DNA of 64,000 bases from an uncultured Burkholderiaceae bacterium (GCA_964509685.1 CAZDYQ010000006.1:176-64175), one strand, 5' to 3'; counted from the stretch's first letter, positions 1 through 9,848 are shown. Program-made: numbers and translations. Notes: a model not told the origin generated them from the sequence alone.

Positions 1-757
1 TGACGTCCTGGTTGTTGCGGACCTCGTCGGGGGTGCCGTCCCCGATCTTGCGGCCATAGTCGAGGACGACCACGCGGTCGGAAATGTCCATCACCACGCC
101 CATGTCGTGCTCGATCAGCACGATGGTGGTGCCGAACTCGTCGTTGACGTCCAGGATGAAGCGGCTCATGTCCTGCTTCTCCTCGAGGTTCATGCCGGCC
201 ATCGGCTCGTCGAGCAGGAGCAGCTGCGGCTCCATCGCGAGCGCGCGGCCGAGGTCCACCCGCTTCTGCAGGCCGTAGGGGAGCTGGCCCACCGGCGTCT
301 TGCGGTAGTTCTGGATCTCGAGGAAGTCGATGATGCGCTCGACCTGCTCGCGGTGCGCCAGCTCCTCGCGCTCGGCCGGCCCGAGGCGCACCATCTGCGC
401 GAGGATGCCGGTCTTCATGCGCAGGTTGCGGCCCGTCATGATGTTGTCGAGCACCGTCATGCCCTTGAACAGGGCGAGGTTCTGGAAGGTGCGGGCCACG
501 CCCATTTCCGCGACCTTGCGCGGGTTCATCTTCTCGAACACCTGCCCGCGGAACACGATCCGGCCCTGCTGCGGCGTATAGACGCCGTTGATCACGTTGA
601 GCATCGAGCTCTTGCCGGCGCCGTTCGGCCCGATGATCGCGCGCACCTCGTGCTCCCGCACATCGAAGGAAATGTCCGTCAGCGCCTTCACGCCGCCGAA
701 GGACAGGGAGATGTTCTGCAGGTCGAGGATGACGTCGCCGATGGTCTTGGTGCGCAT
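1..757 (-). CDS. ABC transporter ATP-binding protein, LivG-like; the C-terminus lies beyond the window start.
   Basis: Reverse translation from ATG at 757 gives MRTKTIGDVILDLQNISLSFGGVKALTDISF. Motifs present: Walker A GPNGAGKSS, LPYGLQKRVDLGRAL, Walker B LLLLDEPMAGM, H-loop IEHDM. It is missing from the ORF track because the window edge truncates it. Confidence 0.85.
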   Translation of the reverse strand, partial: MRTKTIGDVILDLQNISLSFGGVKALTDISFDVREHEVRAIIGPNGAGKSSMLNVINGVYTPQQGRIVFRGQVFEKMNPRKVAEMGVARTFQNLALFKGMTVLDNIMTGRNLRMKTGILAQMVRLGPAEREELAHREQVERIIDFLEIQNYRKTPVGQLPYGLQKRVDLGRALAMEPQLLLLDEPMAGMNLEEKQDMSRFILDVNDEFGTTIVLIEHDMGVVMDISDRVVVLDYGRKIGDGTPDEVRNNQDV

Positions 758-770
758 GGGTCGGAATGCC

Positions 771-2753
771 TCAGGCGGCCTTCGTTGCCGCGTCCGGCGG
801 GAAGACTCGAGCGTCGATGATCTTGAGGTCCGCCGACACGGAGCCGGTCCGGCCGTCCTCGAAGCGCACCTGGGTCTCGATGAAACAGTGGTCGCGGCCG
901 TCGTACAGGGCCTCCACCAGCGCGCGGTACTTCTCGGCGATGAAGCGCCGGCGCACCTTGCGCGTGCGGGTGAGCTCGCCGTCGTCGGGATCCAGCTCCT
1001 TGTGCAGGACGAGGAATCGGTGGATCTGGGATGCCGCCATCATCGGGTCGGCCGCGAGGTCGGCATTGACCTTCTCGACGCATTCCTTCATGAGGCTGGC
1101 GATCTCCGGGCGGCCGGCGAGGTCCACGTAGCCGGTGTAGGGGATGTTGCGCCGCTCGGCATAGTTCCCGCAGGCCTCGTAGTCGATGTTGAGCATGGCC
1201 ATGACGCGGTCGGTGCCGTCGCCGAAGGCCACCGCCTCCTTGACGTACGGGAAGAACTTGAGCTTGTTCTCGATGTACTTGGGCGCGAACATGCTGCCGT
1301 CGGCAAGCCGGCCGACGTCCTTGGCGCGGTCGATGATCTTCAGCTGGCCGTCGGTGTCGAAGTAGCCGGCGTCCCCCGTGTGGTACCAGCCCTCGGCATC
1401 CTTGACCTCGGCGGTCGCCTCCGGATTGTTGTGGTACTCGCGCAGCAGCCCCGGGCTGCGGATCAGGAGCTCGCCCGAGTCCGACACCTTGACCTCCACG
1501 CCCTGGAGCGGCACGCCGACCGTGTCGGCGCGCACCTGGCCGTCGGGCTGGATGCAGACGAACACCGCGGTCTCGGTGGAGCCGTAGAGCTGCTTGAGGT
1601 TGATCCCGATCGAGCGGAAGAACACGAACAGCTCCGGCCCGATCGCCTCGCCGGCGGTATAGGCCACGCGCAGCCGGCTCATGCCGAGCGCATTGCGAAG
1701 GGGCCCATAGACCAGCAGGTCGCCGATCCGGTAGAGCAGGCGATCGACGAAGCCGACCGAGGAGTCGCGCTCGAGCAGGCGCTCGCCGACCCGCTTCGCG
1801 ACATCCAGGAAGTACCGGAACATCTTCTGCTTGATCGGCGCAGCGTCCTCCATCCGGATGGTCACCTGGGTGAGCAGCGCCTCCAGCACCCGCGGCGGCG
1901 CGAAGTAGTAGGTCGGGCCGATCTCGCGCATGTCGGCGGCGACCGTCTGGTCCGATTCCGGGCAGTTGACGGTGAAGCCGTTCACCAGCCACTGGGTGTA
2001 CGAGAAGATGTTCTGGCCCATCCAGGCCATCGGCAGGTAGGCCAGGACCTCGTCGTCGGGACCGAGGTTCTCGAGCTGCGAGGCGGCGACCGAGACGGAA
2101 ATGAGGTTGTTGTGGCCGTGGACCACGCCCTTCGGGTTTCCCGTGGTACCGGACGTATAGAAGATGGCGGCCGGGTCGGAAGGATTGCCGGCGGCGACCT
2201 CGCGGTCGAACAGGCCGGGATCCTCGGCGAGGCGGGCGCGCCCGGCCTCGAGCAGGCTTTCGTAGGACGACAGCACCGGCTCGTCGTAGTTGCGCAGCCC
2301 GCGGGGATCGTCGTACCAGACCCGGCGCAGCTCCGGATACTCCGCCCTGACCTCCAGGAGCTTGTCGACCTGCTCCTGGTCCTCGACGATCGCGAACGAG
2401 ATGCCGGCGTCGCGGAAGACGTACGCCATCTCCTGGGCGACGGCGTCCTGGTAGAGCGGGACCGTGACGCCGCCCAGCACCTGCGTGGCGATCATGCCGA
2501 CGTAGAGCCGGGGACGGTTCTCGCCGACGAGGGCGAGCTTCATGCCGCGCTCGAAGCCCGCGGCGGCGAGCCCGGCGGCGACGAGCTCGACCTCGGCCTT
2601 GAGCTCCGCCCAGGTCATGGCCTGCCAGATGCCGAGGTCCTTCTCCCGCATCGCGGTCGCGTTCGGCCGTTCCGCGGCATGCTTCGCAAGCAGTCGCGGA
2701 AAGGTGGTCTCGCCCAGTCTGGCGAGCTGGGCCGCGGCATCGCTTCCGGCCAT
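771..2753 (-). CDS. AMP-dependent synthetase/ligase (long-chain-fatty-acid--CoA ligase-like).
   Basis: ORF 771..3173 trimmed to ATG 2753 (MAGSDAAAQLARLGE...), which is preceded by GGAGG. AMP-binding motif YTSGTTGNPKG and GDAGYFDTDGQLKIIDRAKD are present. It ends 13 nt upstream of the ABC ATPase start. Confidence 0.85.
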   Translation of the reverse strand: MAGSDAAAQLARLGETTFPRLLAKHAAERPNATAMREKDLGIWQAMTWAELKAEVELVAAGLAAAGFERGMKLALVGENRPRLYVGMIATQVLGGVTVPLYQDAVAQEMAYVFRDAGISFAIVEDQEQVDKLLEVRAEYPELRRVWYDDPRGLRNYDEPVLSSYESLLEAGRARLAEDPGLFDREVAAGNPSDPAAIFYTSGTTGNPKGVVHGHNNLISVSVAASQLENLGPDDEVLAYLPMAWMGQNIFSYTQWLVNGFTVNCPESDQTVAADMREIGPTYYFAPPRVLEALLTQVTIRMEDAAPIKQKMFRYFLDVAKRVGERLLERDSSVGFVDRLLYRIGDLLVYGPLRNALGMSRLRVAYTAGEAIGPELFVFFRSIGINLKQLYGSTETAVFVCIQPDGQVRADTVGVPLQGVEVKVSDSGELLIRSPGLLREYHNNPEATAEVKDAEGWYHTGDAGYFDTDGQLKIIDRAKDVGRLADGSMFAPKYIENKLKFFPYVKEAVAFGDGTDRVMAMLNIDYEACGNYAERRNIPYTGYVDLAGRPEIASLMKECVEKVNADLAADPMMAASQIHRFLVLHKELDPDDGELTRTRKVRRRFIAEKYRALVEALYDGRDHCFIETQVRFEDGRTGSVSADLKIIDARVFPPDAATKAA

Positions 2754-2976
2754 TTGTCCCCCTCCGATATCCAATCCTCGCGCCACCGTGGTCCATGGTG
2801 CGCCAGCGAGCTTAGCGCATGGCGGCTGGCGCGGATACTTGCGCAAAGTACGCGCCGCAGCCCGCGCGGCCCCCGGTCCGCGCGGCGCCAAGTCTAGCGG
2901 GAGACGCACGGTATAGTTGTCGCCGACGCGACAATTCCGGTCGACGGCTCGAGCAGCTCGCCGCCCGGCGCCGGTG

Positions 2977-3651
2977 ATGCAGGACCTCAAGCGCATGCTC
3001 GACGAATCGGACTGGTGGCCGCGGCTCGACGCCGGGCAGCGCGCGCGCGTGCTCGCCGACACCGTCGTGCGCGACGCCGCCGCCGGCCAGGTCTTCTCCG
3101 CCCGGGGCGAGGCCGTCGAGGGCTGGCTGGGCGTGGTCGAGGGGCTCGTGAAGGTCTCGATCGATGCGGCCAACGGTCGCTCGATGACACTCGCCGGCGT
3201 GCCCGCCGGCGGATGGTTCGGCGAGGGCTCGGTGCTGAAGGACGAGCCGAGGCGCTACGACGTGGTCGCGCTGCGCCGCAGCCGGATCGCGGTGATGCCG
3301 AGGCAGACCTTCCACTGGCTGATCGACACCAGCCCCGCCTTCTCGCGCTTCCTCCTCGTCCAGCTCAACGAGCGGCTCGGGCATTTCATCGCCGCGCTCG
3401 AGCACCAGCGATTGCTCGGGCCCGAGGGGCGGGTCGCGCGCTGCCTCGCGCAGCTCTTCAATCCCCGGCTCTATCCGTCCACCCGTTCGCGCCTGCGGAT
3501 CTCGCAGTCGGAGCTCGGCCTGCTCACGGGCCTGTCGCGCCAGCGGGTCAACCAGGCGCTGCACAAGCTCGAGGCGCTGGGCCTGCTCCGGACCTCCTAC
3601 GGCGGCGTGACCGTGATGTCGGTCGAACGCCTCGTCGCCTTCGAGGGCTAG
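2977..3651 (+). CDS. Crp/Fnr-family transcriptional regulator with no N-terminal Cys cluster.
   Basis: ORF 2917..3651; the likely start is MQDLKRMLDE at 2977. It has a cNMP-binding-like barrel (GEGSVLKDEPRRYDVVAL) and a C-terminal HTH (ISQSELGLLTGLSRQRVNQALHKLE). Confidence 0.8.
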   Translation: MQDLKRMLDESDWWPRLDAGQRARVLADTVVRDAAAGQVFSARGEAVEGWLGVVEGLVKVSIDAANGRSMTLAGVPAGGWFGEGSVLKDEPRRYDVVALRRSRIAVMPRQTFHWLIDTSPAFSRFLLVQLNERLGHFIAALEHQRLLGPEGRVARCLAQLFNPRLYPSTRSRLRISQSELGLLTGLSRQRVNQALHKLEALGLLRTSYGGVTVMSVERLVAFEG

Positions 3652-3657
3652 GGCCGC

Positions 3658-4518
3658 TCAGCCCTTCTTCGCGTAGTCGTAGAAGCCGCGACCGGTCTTG
3701 CGGCCGAGCAGGCCCGCATCGACCATCTCGCGCAGCAGCGGCGCCGGACGGTACTTGGGATCGTTGAAGGAGGCGTAGAGCACTTCCATCACGGCGAGCT
3801 GGACATCCAGGCCGATGAGGTCGCACAGGGCGAGCGGCCCGATGGGATGGTTGCAGCCCAGCCGCATCCCCGCGTCGATCTCCTCCGCGCTGGCGAGCCC
3901 TTCCTGCAGCGCGAAGATCGCCTCGTTGATCATCGGGCAGAGGATGCGGTTGACCACGAAGCCGGCGCTGTTGCGCACGCCGATCGGGGTCTTGCCGAGG
4001 CGCTCGGCCAGCGCCGTGACGGTCGCGACGGTGTCCTCGTCCGTGCGCAGGCCGCGGATGATCTCGACCAGCGCCATGACGGGCACCGGGTTGAAGAAGT
4101 GCATCCCCACCACCTTGCCCGGCCGTGACAGCCCGGCGGCCAGCCGCGTGATGGAGATGGACGAGGTGTTGGTGGCGATGATGGTCTCGGGGGCCAGCAG
4201 CTTCTCCACCTTGCCGAGGATCTCGAGCTTGAGCGCCTCGTTCTCGGTCGCGGCCTCGATGACCAGGTCGGTCCGGGCGAGGCCGGCCGGATCCGAGGTC
4301 GTGCGGATGCGGCCGAGGGCCGCGTCCCGGGCCGCCTCGTCCAGCTTGCCCTTGGAGACCTGCCTGTCGAGCTGTGAGCGGATCGTCGCCACGCTGCGCT
4401 CGAGCGCCGCCTCGCCGATGTCCTGCAGGACGACATCGATGCCGGTGGTCGCGCAGACCTGCGCGATGCCCGTGCCCATCGTGCCCGCGCCGATGATGCC
4501 GACGGTGTTGATGCTCAT
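3658..4518 (-). CDS. hbd: 3-hydroxybutyryl-CoA / 3-hydroxyacyl-CoA dehydrogenase.
   Basis: ORF 3658..4563 trimmed to [21 protein letters not shown] (Rossmann GxGxxG), preceded by GAGGAG. Motifs [18 protein letters not shown] and [11 protein letters not shown] are typical of the family. Confidence 0.9.
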   Translation of the reverse strand: MSINTVGIIGAGTMGTGIAQVCATTGIDVVLQDIGEAALERSVATIRSQLDRQVSKGKLDEAARDAALGRIRTTSDPAGLARTDLVIEAATENEALKLEILGKVEKLLAPETIIATNTSSISITRLAAGLSRPGKVVGMHFFNPVPVMALVEIIRGLRTDEDTVATVTALAERLGKTPIGVRNSAGFVVNRILCPMINEAIFALQEGLASAEEIDAGMRLGCNHPIGPLALCDLIGLDVQLAVMEVLYASFNDPKYRPAPLLREMVDAGLLGRKTGRGFYDYAKKG

Positions 4519-4561
4519 GCTGCTGCTCCTCGATCGTGGTTGCCACGATTCTAGTGCCGGC

Positions 4562-4588
4562 AAAGAAAAAGGGCCGCTTGCGCGGCCC
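4562..4588 (-). terminator. Rho-independent terminator on the minus strand.
   Basis: The minus strand reads GGGCCGC-gcaa-GCGGCCC followed by TTTTTCTTT. It is the first strong intrinsic terminator downstream of the RR-HK-srkA-patatin gene string. Confidence 0.65.
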
Positions 4589-4781
4589 TTGCAATGCGGT
4601 GATCAACACCGCCTGGAGACAGTCTTCACCTGCGCCGACGCCCGGGGGCGCCTGCAGCAAGTGAGTTGGGATTTCAGCATTCAAAACTGAAGTGAGGCTG
4701 ACAATCCGCTTAAACGAAGCTTACACGCAGGCCGTGTACAACGCCAGAGGGCGACAAAGTGCCGAAAAAACAGCGATTTGC

Positions 4782-6017
4782 CTACCCCGTTTGGATAGCA
4801 TGCGAAATATGTTGCTGCGATCCGTCGCAGCCGAAGAAGCGGCGGATCTCGTCGGCTCTCTCCAGCGCGTCGGCGCGACCCAGCGCGATCAGCTCGTCGG
4901 TGAAGCTCGACTCGAACATCAGGTAGCTCGCGAGCGCCATCCCGTTCTGTTCCGTGCCGCCGAAGGTCCGGAGGAAGGCGCGAACGCGGGCGGGGAGGTC
5001 CCGGATGTGCTCGAGCGCCAGCTCCTCGATCGGGCGGCTCGGGCCCAGGGTGAGGATGTCGACCGGCCGGAACGGGAAGTCGCGCCGCAGCTCCGCGGGA
5101 ATCAGCGCGAGGGCCTGGTTGGCCCGCTGCAGCCGCTCCGCGTCGGCCGGCAGCGCGTCGAACATGATGCTCGCGAGCGCATGGCCGGCGATCTGGGCGA
5201 GCGTCGGCTTGCCGGGGTCGGTGCCGGGACGGGCCCCGCCCGCCTCGAACAGGCCTGCCCGCTCTCCGGGCGCGACGCCGATCGCGAGTATCCGCCCGGC
5301 GCCGGCATGGATCAGCGGCGACAGCGGCGCGAGCTGGCGCATGGTGCCGTCGCCGAAGTACTCGATGCCGTCCTCGATGGACAGCGGCACCGGGGCGAAG
5401 ACGAAGGGCAGGGCCGCCGAGGCGACCAGGTGGTCGATGCCGATCCGGGCCGCCACCGCGACGCGCCCCGGCCGCGACCAGGGCGGCAGGGCCCGCCCGC
5501 AGCGATAGAACACCACGTGGCGGCCGCTGGTGTAGCTCGATGCGCTGACGCCGAAGTAGTCGAGGGCGCCGGAATCGATCGCCGCCTCGATGGCGCCGAC
5601 GTCGATCGACTCGCGCAGCGTCGCCCGCAACGGCGCATTGTCGAGCAGGGATTCCGGCCGGCTGCGCATGAGACGCGGCATCGCGAGCCACGATACCCAT
5701 CGCGCGCCGCGCAGGTACCAGTCCAGCCATTCCGTCGAATACACCCGGCCGGGCGTGAGGCCGCGCCAGAGCTCGACGAGCTCGGTCGCCGCATCGGGCC
5801 AGCGGCCGGCATTCGCGGCGAGGTAGGCGCCATTGACCGCTCCGGCGGAGGTGCCGACGATCTGGTCGAAGGGCATGCCGTTCGCCCCGTCCACGATCTC
5901 GCCGATCGCCGCCACGACGCCGGCCTGGTAGGCGGTGCGCGCCCCGCCGCCCATCAGCAGCAGGCCCGTCCCGCCGGTCGTCGTGCCCGGCTCGCACCAG
6001 GTGTCACGCATCGCCAT
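4782..6017 (-). CDS. Patatin-like phospholipase.
   Basis: 411-aa ORF. Oxyanion motif GGGARTAY, nucleophile elbow GTSAG and an FGDGTM (DG) dyad motif are present. GGGAG RBS upstream. Confidence 0.85.
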   Translation of the reverse strand: MAMRDTWCEPGTTTGGTGLLLMGGGARTAYQAGVVAAIGEIVDGANGMPFDQIVGTSAGAVNGAYLAANAGRWPDAATELVELWRGLTPGRVYSTEWLDWYLRGARWVSWLAMPRLMRSRPESLLDNAPLRATLRESIDVGAIEAAIDSGALDYFGVSASSYTSGRHVVFYRCGRALPPWSRPGRVAVAARIGIDHLVASAALPFVFAPVPLSIEDGIEYFGDGTMRQLAPLSPLIHAGAGRILAIGVAPGERAGLFEAGGARPGTDPGKPTLAQIAGHALASIMFDALPADAERLQRANQALALIPAELRRDFPFRPVDILTLGPSRPIEELALEHIRDLPARVRAFLRTFGGTEQNGMALASYLMFESSFTDELIALGRADALERADEIRRFFGCDGSQQHISHAIQTG

Positions 6018-6086
6018 CTCCCGTCAGGAACCCGACTGTAGGCCGCCCGCCCGGCGCGGGACGGCCGGATCCGGCCCGCCGGCCGC

Positions 6087-7070
6087 TCACAGGGGGCCGA
6101 GTGGCGGCTCGCTCATGGCCGCGATCTGCTCGCGCAGTTCCAGGATCCGGTCCTGCCAGTAGCGCTCCGTGCCGAACCACGGGAAGGCGGCCGGGAAGGC
6201 CGGATCCTCCCAGCGGCGCGCGATCCAGGCGCTGTAGTGGACCAGGCGCAAGGTCCTCAGCGGCTCGACGAGGGCGAGCTCGCGCCGGTCGAACTCGGCG
6301 AAGTCCTCGTAGCCGGCGAGCACGTCGCCGAGCTGCCGCGTCATCGCCGCGCGATCGCCCGACAGGAGCATCCACAGGTCCTGCACCGCGGGGCCGTTGC
6401 AGGCGTCGTCCAGGTCGACGAAGTGCGGCCCGTCGTCGGTCCAGAGCACGTTGCCCACGTGGCAGTCGCCATGCAGGCGAAGGGCCCGGGTCGGCCCGAC
6501 GCGGTCGAAGGCGGCGATCACCGCCTCCAGCGCCTGGTCCACGGCAGCCTGCCAGGCCGGGCGCAGCGAACCCGGCACCAGCCCCGACCCGACCAGGAAG
6601 GCGACCGGCTCGCGACCCAGCCGCTCCACGTCGATCGACGGACGGGCGGCGAACGGCCTGCGGGCGCCGACCACGTGGATCCGGCCGATGAAGCGGCCCA
6701 GGCGCTCGAGCACGCTCGGATCGTCGAGCTCCGGCGTGCGCCCGCCGCGCCGGGGGAAGACCGCGAAGCGCAGGTCGTTCCATCGGAACAGCGTCCGGCC
6801 GTCCACCTCGAGGGGCGGCACCACCGGCACTTCCTCGGCGGCGAGCTCGAGCGCGAAGGCATGCTCCTCCAGGATCTGCCCGTCGCTCCAGCGCTGCGGG
6901 CGATAGAACTTGGCCACCACGACGCGACCGTCGTCGAGCCAGGCCTGGTACACCCGGTTCTCGTAGCTGTTCATGGCGAGCAGCCGGCCGTCGCCCTCGA
7001 AGCCCACGGCGGCGAGCGCGTCGAGGATGGCGTCGGGCGTCAGCCCGGCATACGGGGGCTCGCCGCTCAT
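6087..7070 (-). CDS. srkA: Stress-response Ser/Thr kinase SrkA (YihE/RdoA family).
   Basis: 327 aa, nearly collinear with E. coli YihE. Shared motifs: MNSYENRVYQ, KFYRPQRW, LRLHGDCHVGNVLW, FVDLDDACNGPAVQDLWMLL, AFPWF. Its ATG overlaps the HK stop as ATGA at 7067-7070. Confidence 0.9.
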   Translation of the reverse strand: MSGEPPYAGLTPDAILDALAAVGFEGDGRLLAMNSYENRVYQAWLDDGRVVVAKFYRPQRWSDGQILEEHAFALELAAEEVPVVPPLEVDGRTLFRWNDLRFAVFPRRGGRTPELDDPSVLERLGRFIGRIHVVGARRPFAARPSIDVERLGREPVAFLVGSGLVPGSLRPAWQAAVDQALEAVIAAFDRVGPTRALRLHGDCHVGNVLWTDDGPHFVDLDDACNGPAVQDLWMLLSGDRAAMTRQLGDVLAGYEDFAEFDRRELALVEPLRTLRLVHYSAWIARRWEDPAFPAAFPWFGTERYWQDRILELREQIAAMSEPPLGPL

Positions 7071-9205
7071 GAGGTCGTCGCCGGCAGGGTGAAGCCCACG
7101 CGCACGCCGCCGCCCTCGTTCTGGGCGAACACATGCCCGCCGTGGAACTCAGCAATGAGGCGCACCAGGTACAGCCCGAGCCCCAGATGGCTGCTCGAGG
7201 CGCTGCGCGAGTCGCGCACCGACACCATGGAATCGAACAGGCTTTCGCCCATCGACTCGGGCAGCGGCTGGCCGAGGTTGAAGACCGAGACCCGCCAGCC
7301 CGCGACGGGCCGGCGCCCGCCGGCGGGATCGGCGAGCTCGCGGGCCTCGAGATCGACCCGGATGGTGGTGCCGGGAACCGCGAAGTCGACGGCATTGGCC
7401 ACCAGCTTGTCGAGCGCCTGGGCGATCGCCTCGGGCACGGCCTGCGCGCGGACCGGCCCTTGCGGCTGGGTGAGCTCGAAGACCGCGGCGGGATAGGCGA
7501 GGCGGTAGGCCTCCACGCAGCTCGCCACCAGGCTGCCGAGGTCCACCTCCTCGAGCTGGCTGTCGCCCAGCATCGTCTCGAGGCTGGAGGCCTCGCCCAT
7601 GCTCGCGACGATCTTCTCCAGCCGGGCCGCCCCCTGCTGGGCGCGCTCGGCATAGGCCGCCTGCCGGGCCTGGTCTTCCTCGGCGACCAGGTTCTCGAGC
7701 GAGCTGCGGACCACCATGATGGGCGTGCGCAACTCGTGGACCAGTCGTCCACGCAGCTTGCTGAGGTACTCCTGGTGCTCGCGCAGCCGGCCGAGCACCC
7801 GCTCGTAGCCGATCGCGAGCTCGCCGACCTCGTCGAGCATGCGGAACTGCGGAATGGTGCCCACCACCCGTCCCCGGGCGTCGATCGCCGCCTCCGCGGC
7901 CCGCCGCAGCCTCACGATCCGGGCGACGGTGATGGTGGCCACCAGCAGCAGGGCCACCACCGTGCCGGCCAGCGCGAGCGCCGCGAGCAGCGTGAGCTGC
8001 TCGAGCGCCTGCTGGCCGAGCGCGAGCCGCGAGCCGGTGCTCTCCTCCAGCACCAGCGCCCCCACCACCTGGTCGCCGGACCAGATGGGCTGGGCGACGG
8101 TCAGCAGCCAGACCGGCATGCCGCCCACCAGCCCCGTGCGCAGCCACTGCTGCGCCGGCACCCCGGTCAGCGCCTTGGCGAGCGCCGAGACGGCGGCGCG
8201 CGATTCGTCGCTGCCGTCGCCGCTGTCCACGAGGTTGATCGCATCGATCTCCGGGCGCAGGCGCGAGGCCACGGCCAGCAGCCAGCGCGCGAGGTGCGAT
8301 GTCCAGCCGCGCGCCGGCTGCTCCGGGCTCGCGAGGCTGCCCTGACGGGCCAGCTGGACGCCCGTCACGTCGTACACCGCCACCCGGCCGCTCGCCCGCG
8401 ACAGGGCGCCGATCGTGAGCGCCCACTGCCTTTCGCGCGCCTCGTCGGTCTTGTCGCCCGGCGGCCGCGACAGGGCGAGCAGCCCCGAATCGGCCGTGGC
8501 CTCCAGGCGGCGGCTGCCGAAGTAGTCGACGTCCTCGACCAGGACCCGCATCAGCATCGATTCGGGCACCTCGGCTTCCGCGATCCAGCCGCCCTGGCGC
8601 GCGGCCGCCACGCCGACGACCTCCTGCATGGCCTCGGGCTCGTCGCCGTAAAACACCCGCATCCGGTCCCCGGGGCCGTCGCTGTCCGGCGCGACATAGC
8701 GCTCGTCGACCACCTCGGCCAGCACGAAGACCTTGCCCGGGTGCTCCTGCGAGCGCGCCACGGCGATGCGCGGCGCCAGCGTCTCGCGCGGGGCATCGCC
8801 CCGGACGGTGACGGGCAGGGCGCGGCGGGCCACCTCCACCCATTCGCGCGCATCGGCATCGACCCGGGCGGGCCCGAGGAGGTCGAGGGTGATCGGCTCG
8901 GTGTCGGGGGGATGGGCGCTCGAACCGCCCGGCGCGGCGAAGAGCTCCGGCCGCTCGTGCAGCGAGGTGGCGAGGTTGCGCGCGGCGACCACGAGGTTCT
9001 CGAGCCGCTCGTCGCGGGCGAGCTCGGCCATCTCGTCCACGAAGCGCAGGCCGATCCAGGGAAGCCCGAGGAGCGGCAGCAGGGCCACCAGCAACATGAA
9101 GCGCAGGCCGAAGCGCGGTCGCCATCCCCACAGGGGGCGCCGCCCCGCACGGTCAGCCACGGACGACGTAGCGGTAGCCGAGCCCGTAGACCGTCTCGAT
9201 CGCAT
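7067..9205 (-). CDS. Sensor histidine kinase with a large periplasmic domain, of the dedicated-sortase-system type by genomic context.
   Basis: H-box HELRTPIMVVRSSLENL, N-box LVANAVDFA and G-box GLGLYLVRLIAEFHGG are present. The N-terminal TM is LLVALLPLLGLPWIGL. The start is uncertain: ATG 9205 overlaps the RR by 53 nt. In-frame alternatives are GTG 9160 (8-nt overlap with the RR stop) and ATG 9097. Confidence 0.8.
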   Translation of the reverse strand: MRSRRSTGSATATSSVADRAGRRPLWGWRPRFGLRFMLLVALLPLLGLPWIGLRFVDEMAELARDERLENLVVAARNLATSLHERPELFAAPGGSSAHPPDTEPITLDLLGPARVDADAREWVEVARRALPVTVRGDAPRETLAPRIAVARSQEHPGKVFVLAEVVDERYVAPDSDGPGDRMRVFYGDEPEAMQEVVGVAAARQGGWIAEAEVPESMLMRVLVEDVDYFGSRRLEATADSGLLALSRPPGDKTDEARERQWALTIGALSRASGRVAVYDVTGVQLARQGSLASPEQPARGWTSHLARWLLAVASRLRPEIDAINLVDSGDGSDESRAAVSALAKALTGVPAQQWLRTGLVGGMPVWLLTVAQPIWSGDQVVGALVLEESTGSRLALGQQALEQLTLLAALALAGTVVALLLVATITVARIVRLRRAAEAAIDARGRVVGTIPQFRMLDEVGELAIGYERVLGRLREHQEYLSKLRGRLVHELRTPIMVVRSSLENLVAEEDQARQAAYAERAQQGAARLEKIVASMGEASSLETMLGDSQLEEVDLGSLVASCVEAYRLAYPAAVFELTQPQGPVRAQAVPEAIAQALDKLVANAVDFAVPGTTIRVDLEARELADPAGGRRPVAGWRVSVFNLGQPLPESMGESLFDSMVSVRDSRSASSSHLGLGLYLVRLIAEFHGGHVFAQNEGGGVRVGFTLPATTS

Positions 9206-9848
9206 CGAAGTCCGGATCGACCGCCTCGAACTTGCGGCGCATCCGCTTCACGTACGAGGTCACGGTATGGTCGTCGACCACCATGCTCGCCTCGCGCATC
9301 AGCGCATCGCGGTCCTTCACGTGGCCCGGATGGCGCGCGAGGGCATGCAGCATCCAGAACTCGGTGACGGTGAGCTGCACCGGCGTGCCATTCCAGCTCG
9401 CCTCGAAGCGCTGCAGGTTGAGACGCAGCGGCCCGCGCTCGATGACGTCCTCGGCGGCGTTCGCCTGGGCGGCCAGGTCGGCCCGGCGGAACAGCGCCGT
9501 CACCCGGGCGAGCAGGTGCGGCAGGCTCACGTTCTTGGTGACGTAGTCGTCGGCCCCGAGCCGCAGGCCGGACACGATGTCGATCTCTGAGTCGCGCGCC
9601 GACAGGATCAGGATCGGCAGGCTCGGCGCGCGTCCGCGCAGCCAGCGGCAGAGCTCGAAGCCGCCCTCGGGCTCGTCGCCGAGCCCGACGTCGATGATCG
9701 CGAGGTCGGGCAGCCGTCCATCGAGGCCCTCCTGGGCGGACGGGCGGTCGGCATAGGTGGTGACCTCGTAGCCGTGGCGCGTCAGGGCGTCGCTCAGGTT
9801 TTCGCTGATCGACGGCTCGTCTTCGATGATGGCGATACGTCTCGGCAT
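9153..9848 (-). CDS. OmpR/PhoB-family DNA-binding response regulator.
   Basis: 231 aa. Receiver domain (IAIIEDE, phospho-acceptor context LAIIDVGL, ILILSARD) plus a winged-helix C-terminus (LTVTEFWMLHALARHPGHV, VYGLGYRY). Confidence 0.9.
   Translation of the reverse strand: MPRRIAIIEDEPSISENLSDALTRHGYEVTTYADRPSAQEGLDGRLPDLAIIDVGLGDEPEGGFELCRWLRGRAPSLPILILSARDSEIDIVSGLRLGADDYVTKNVSLPHLLARVTALFRRADLAAQANAAEDVIERGPLRLNLQRFEASWNGTPVQLTVTEFWMLHALARHPGHVKDRDALMREASMVVDDHTVTSYVKRMRRKFEAVDPDFDAIETVYGLGYRYVVRG

Noticed and set aside
4782-6017. Patatin phospholipase as a CBASS-type or other phage-defence effector.
   Set aside because: No nucleotide cyclase, SAVED/STING sensor or other defence partner is adjacent. 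The neighbours are housekeeping or signalling genes, and the protein lacks extra sensor domains.
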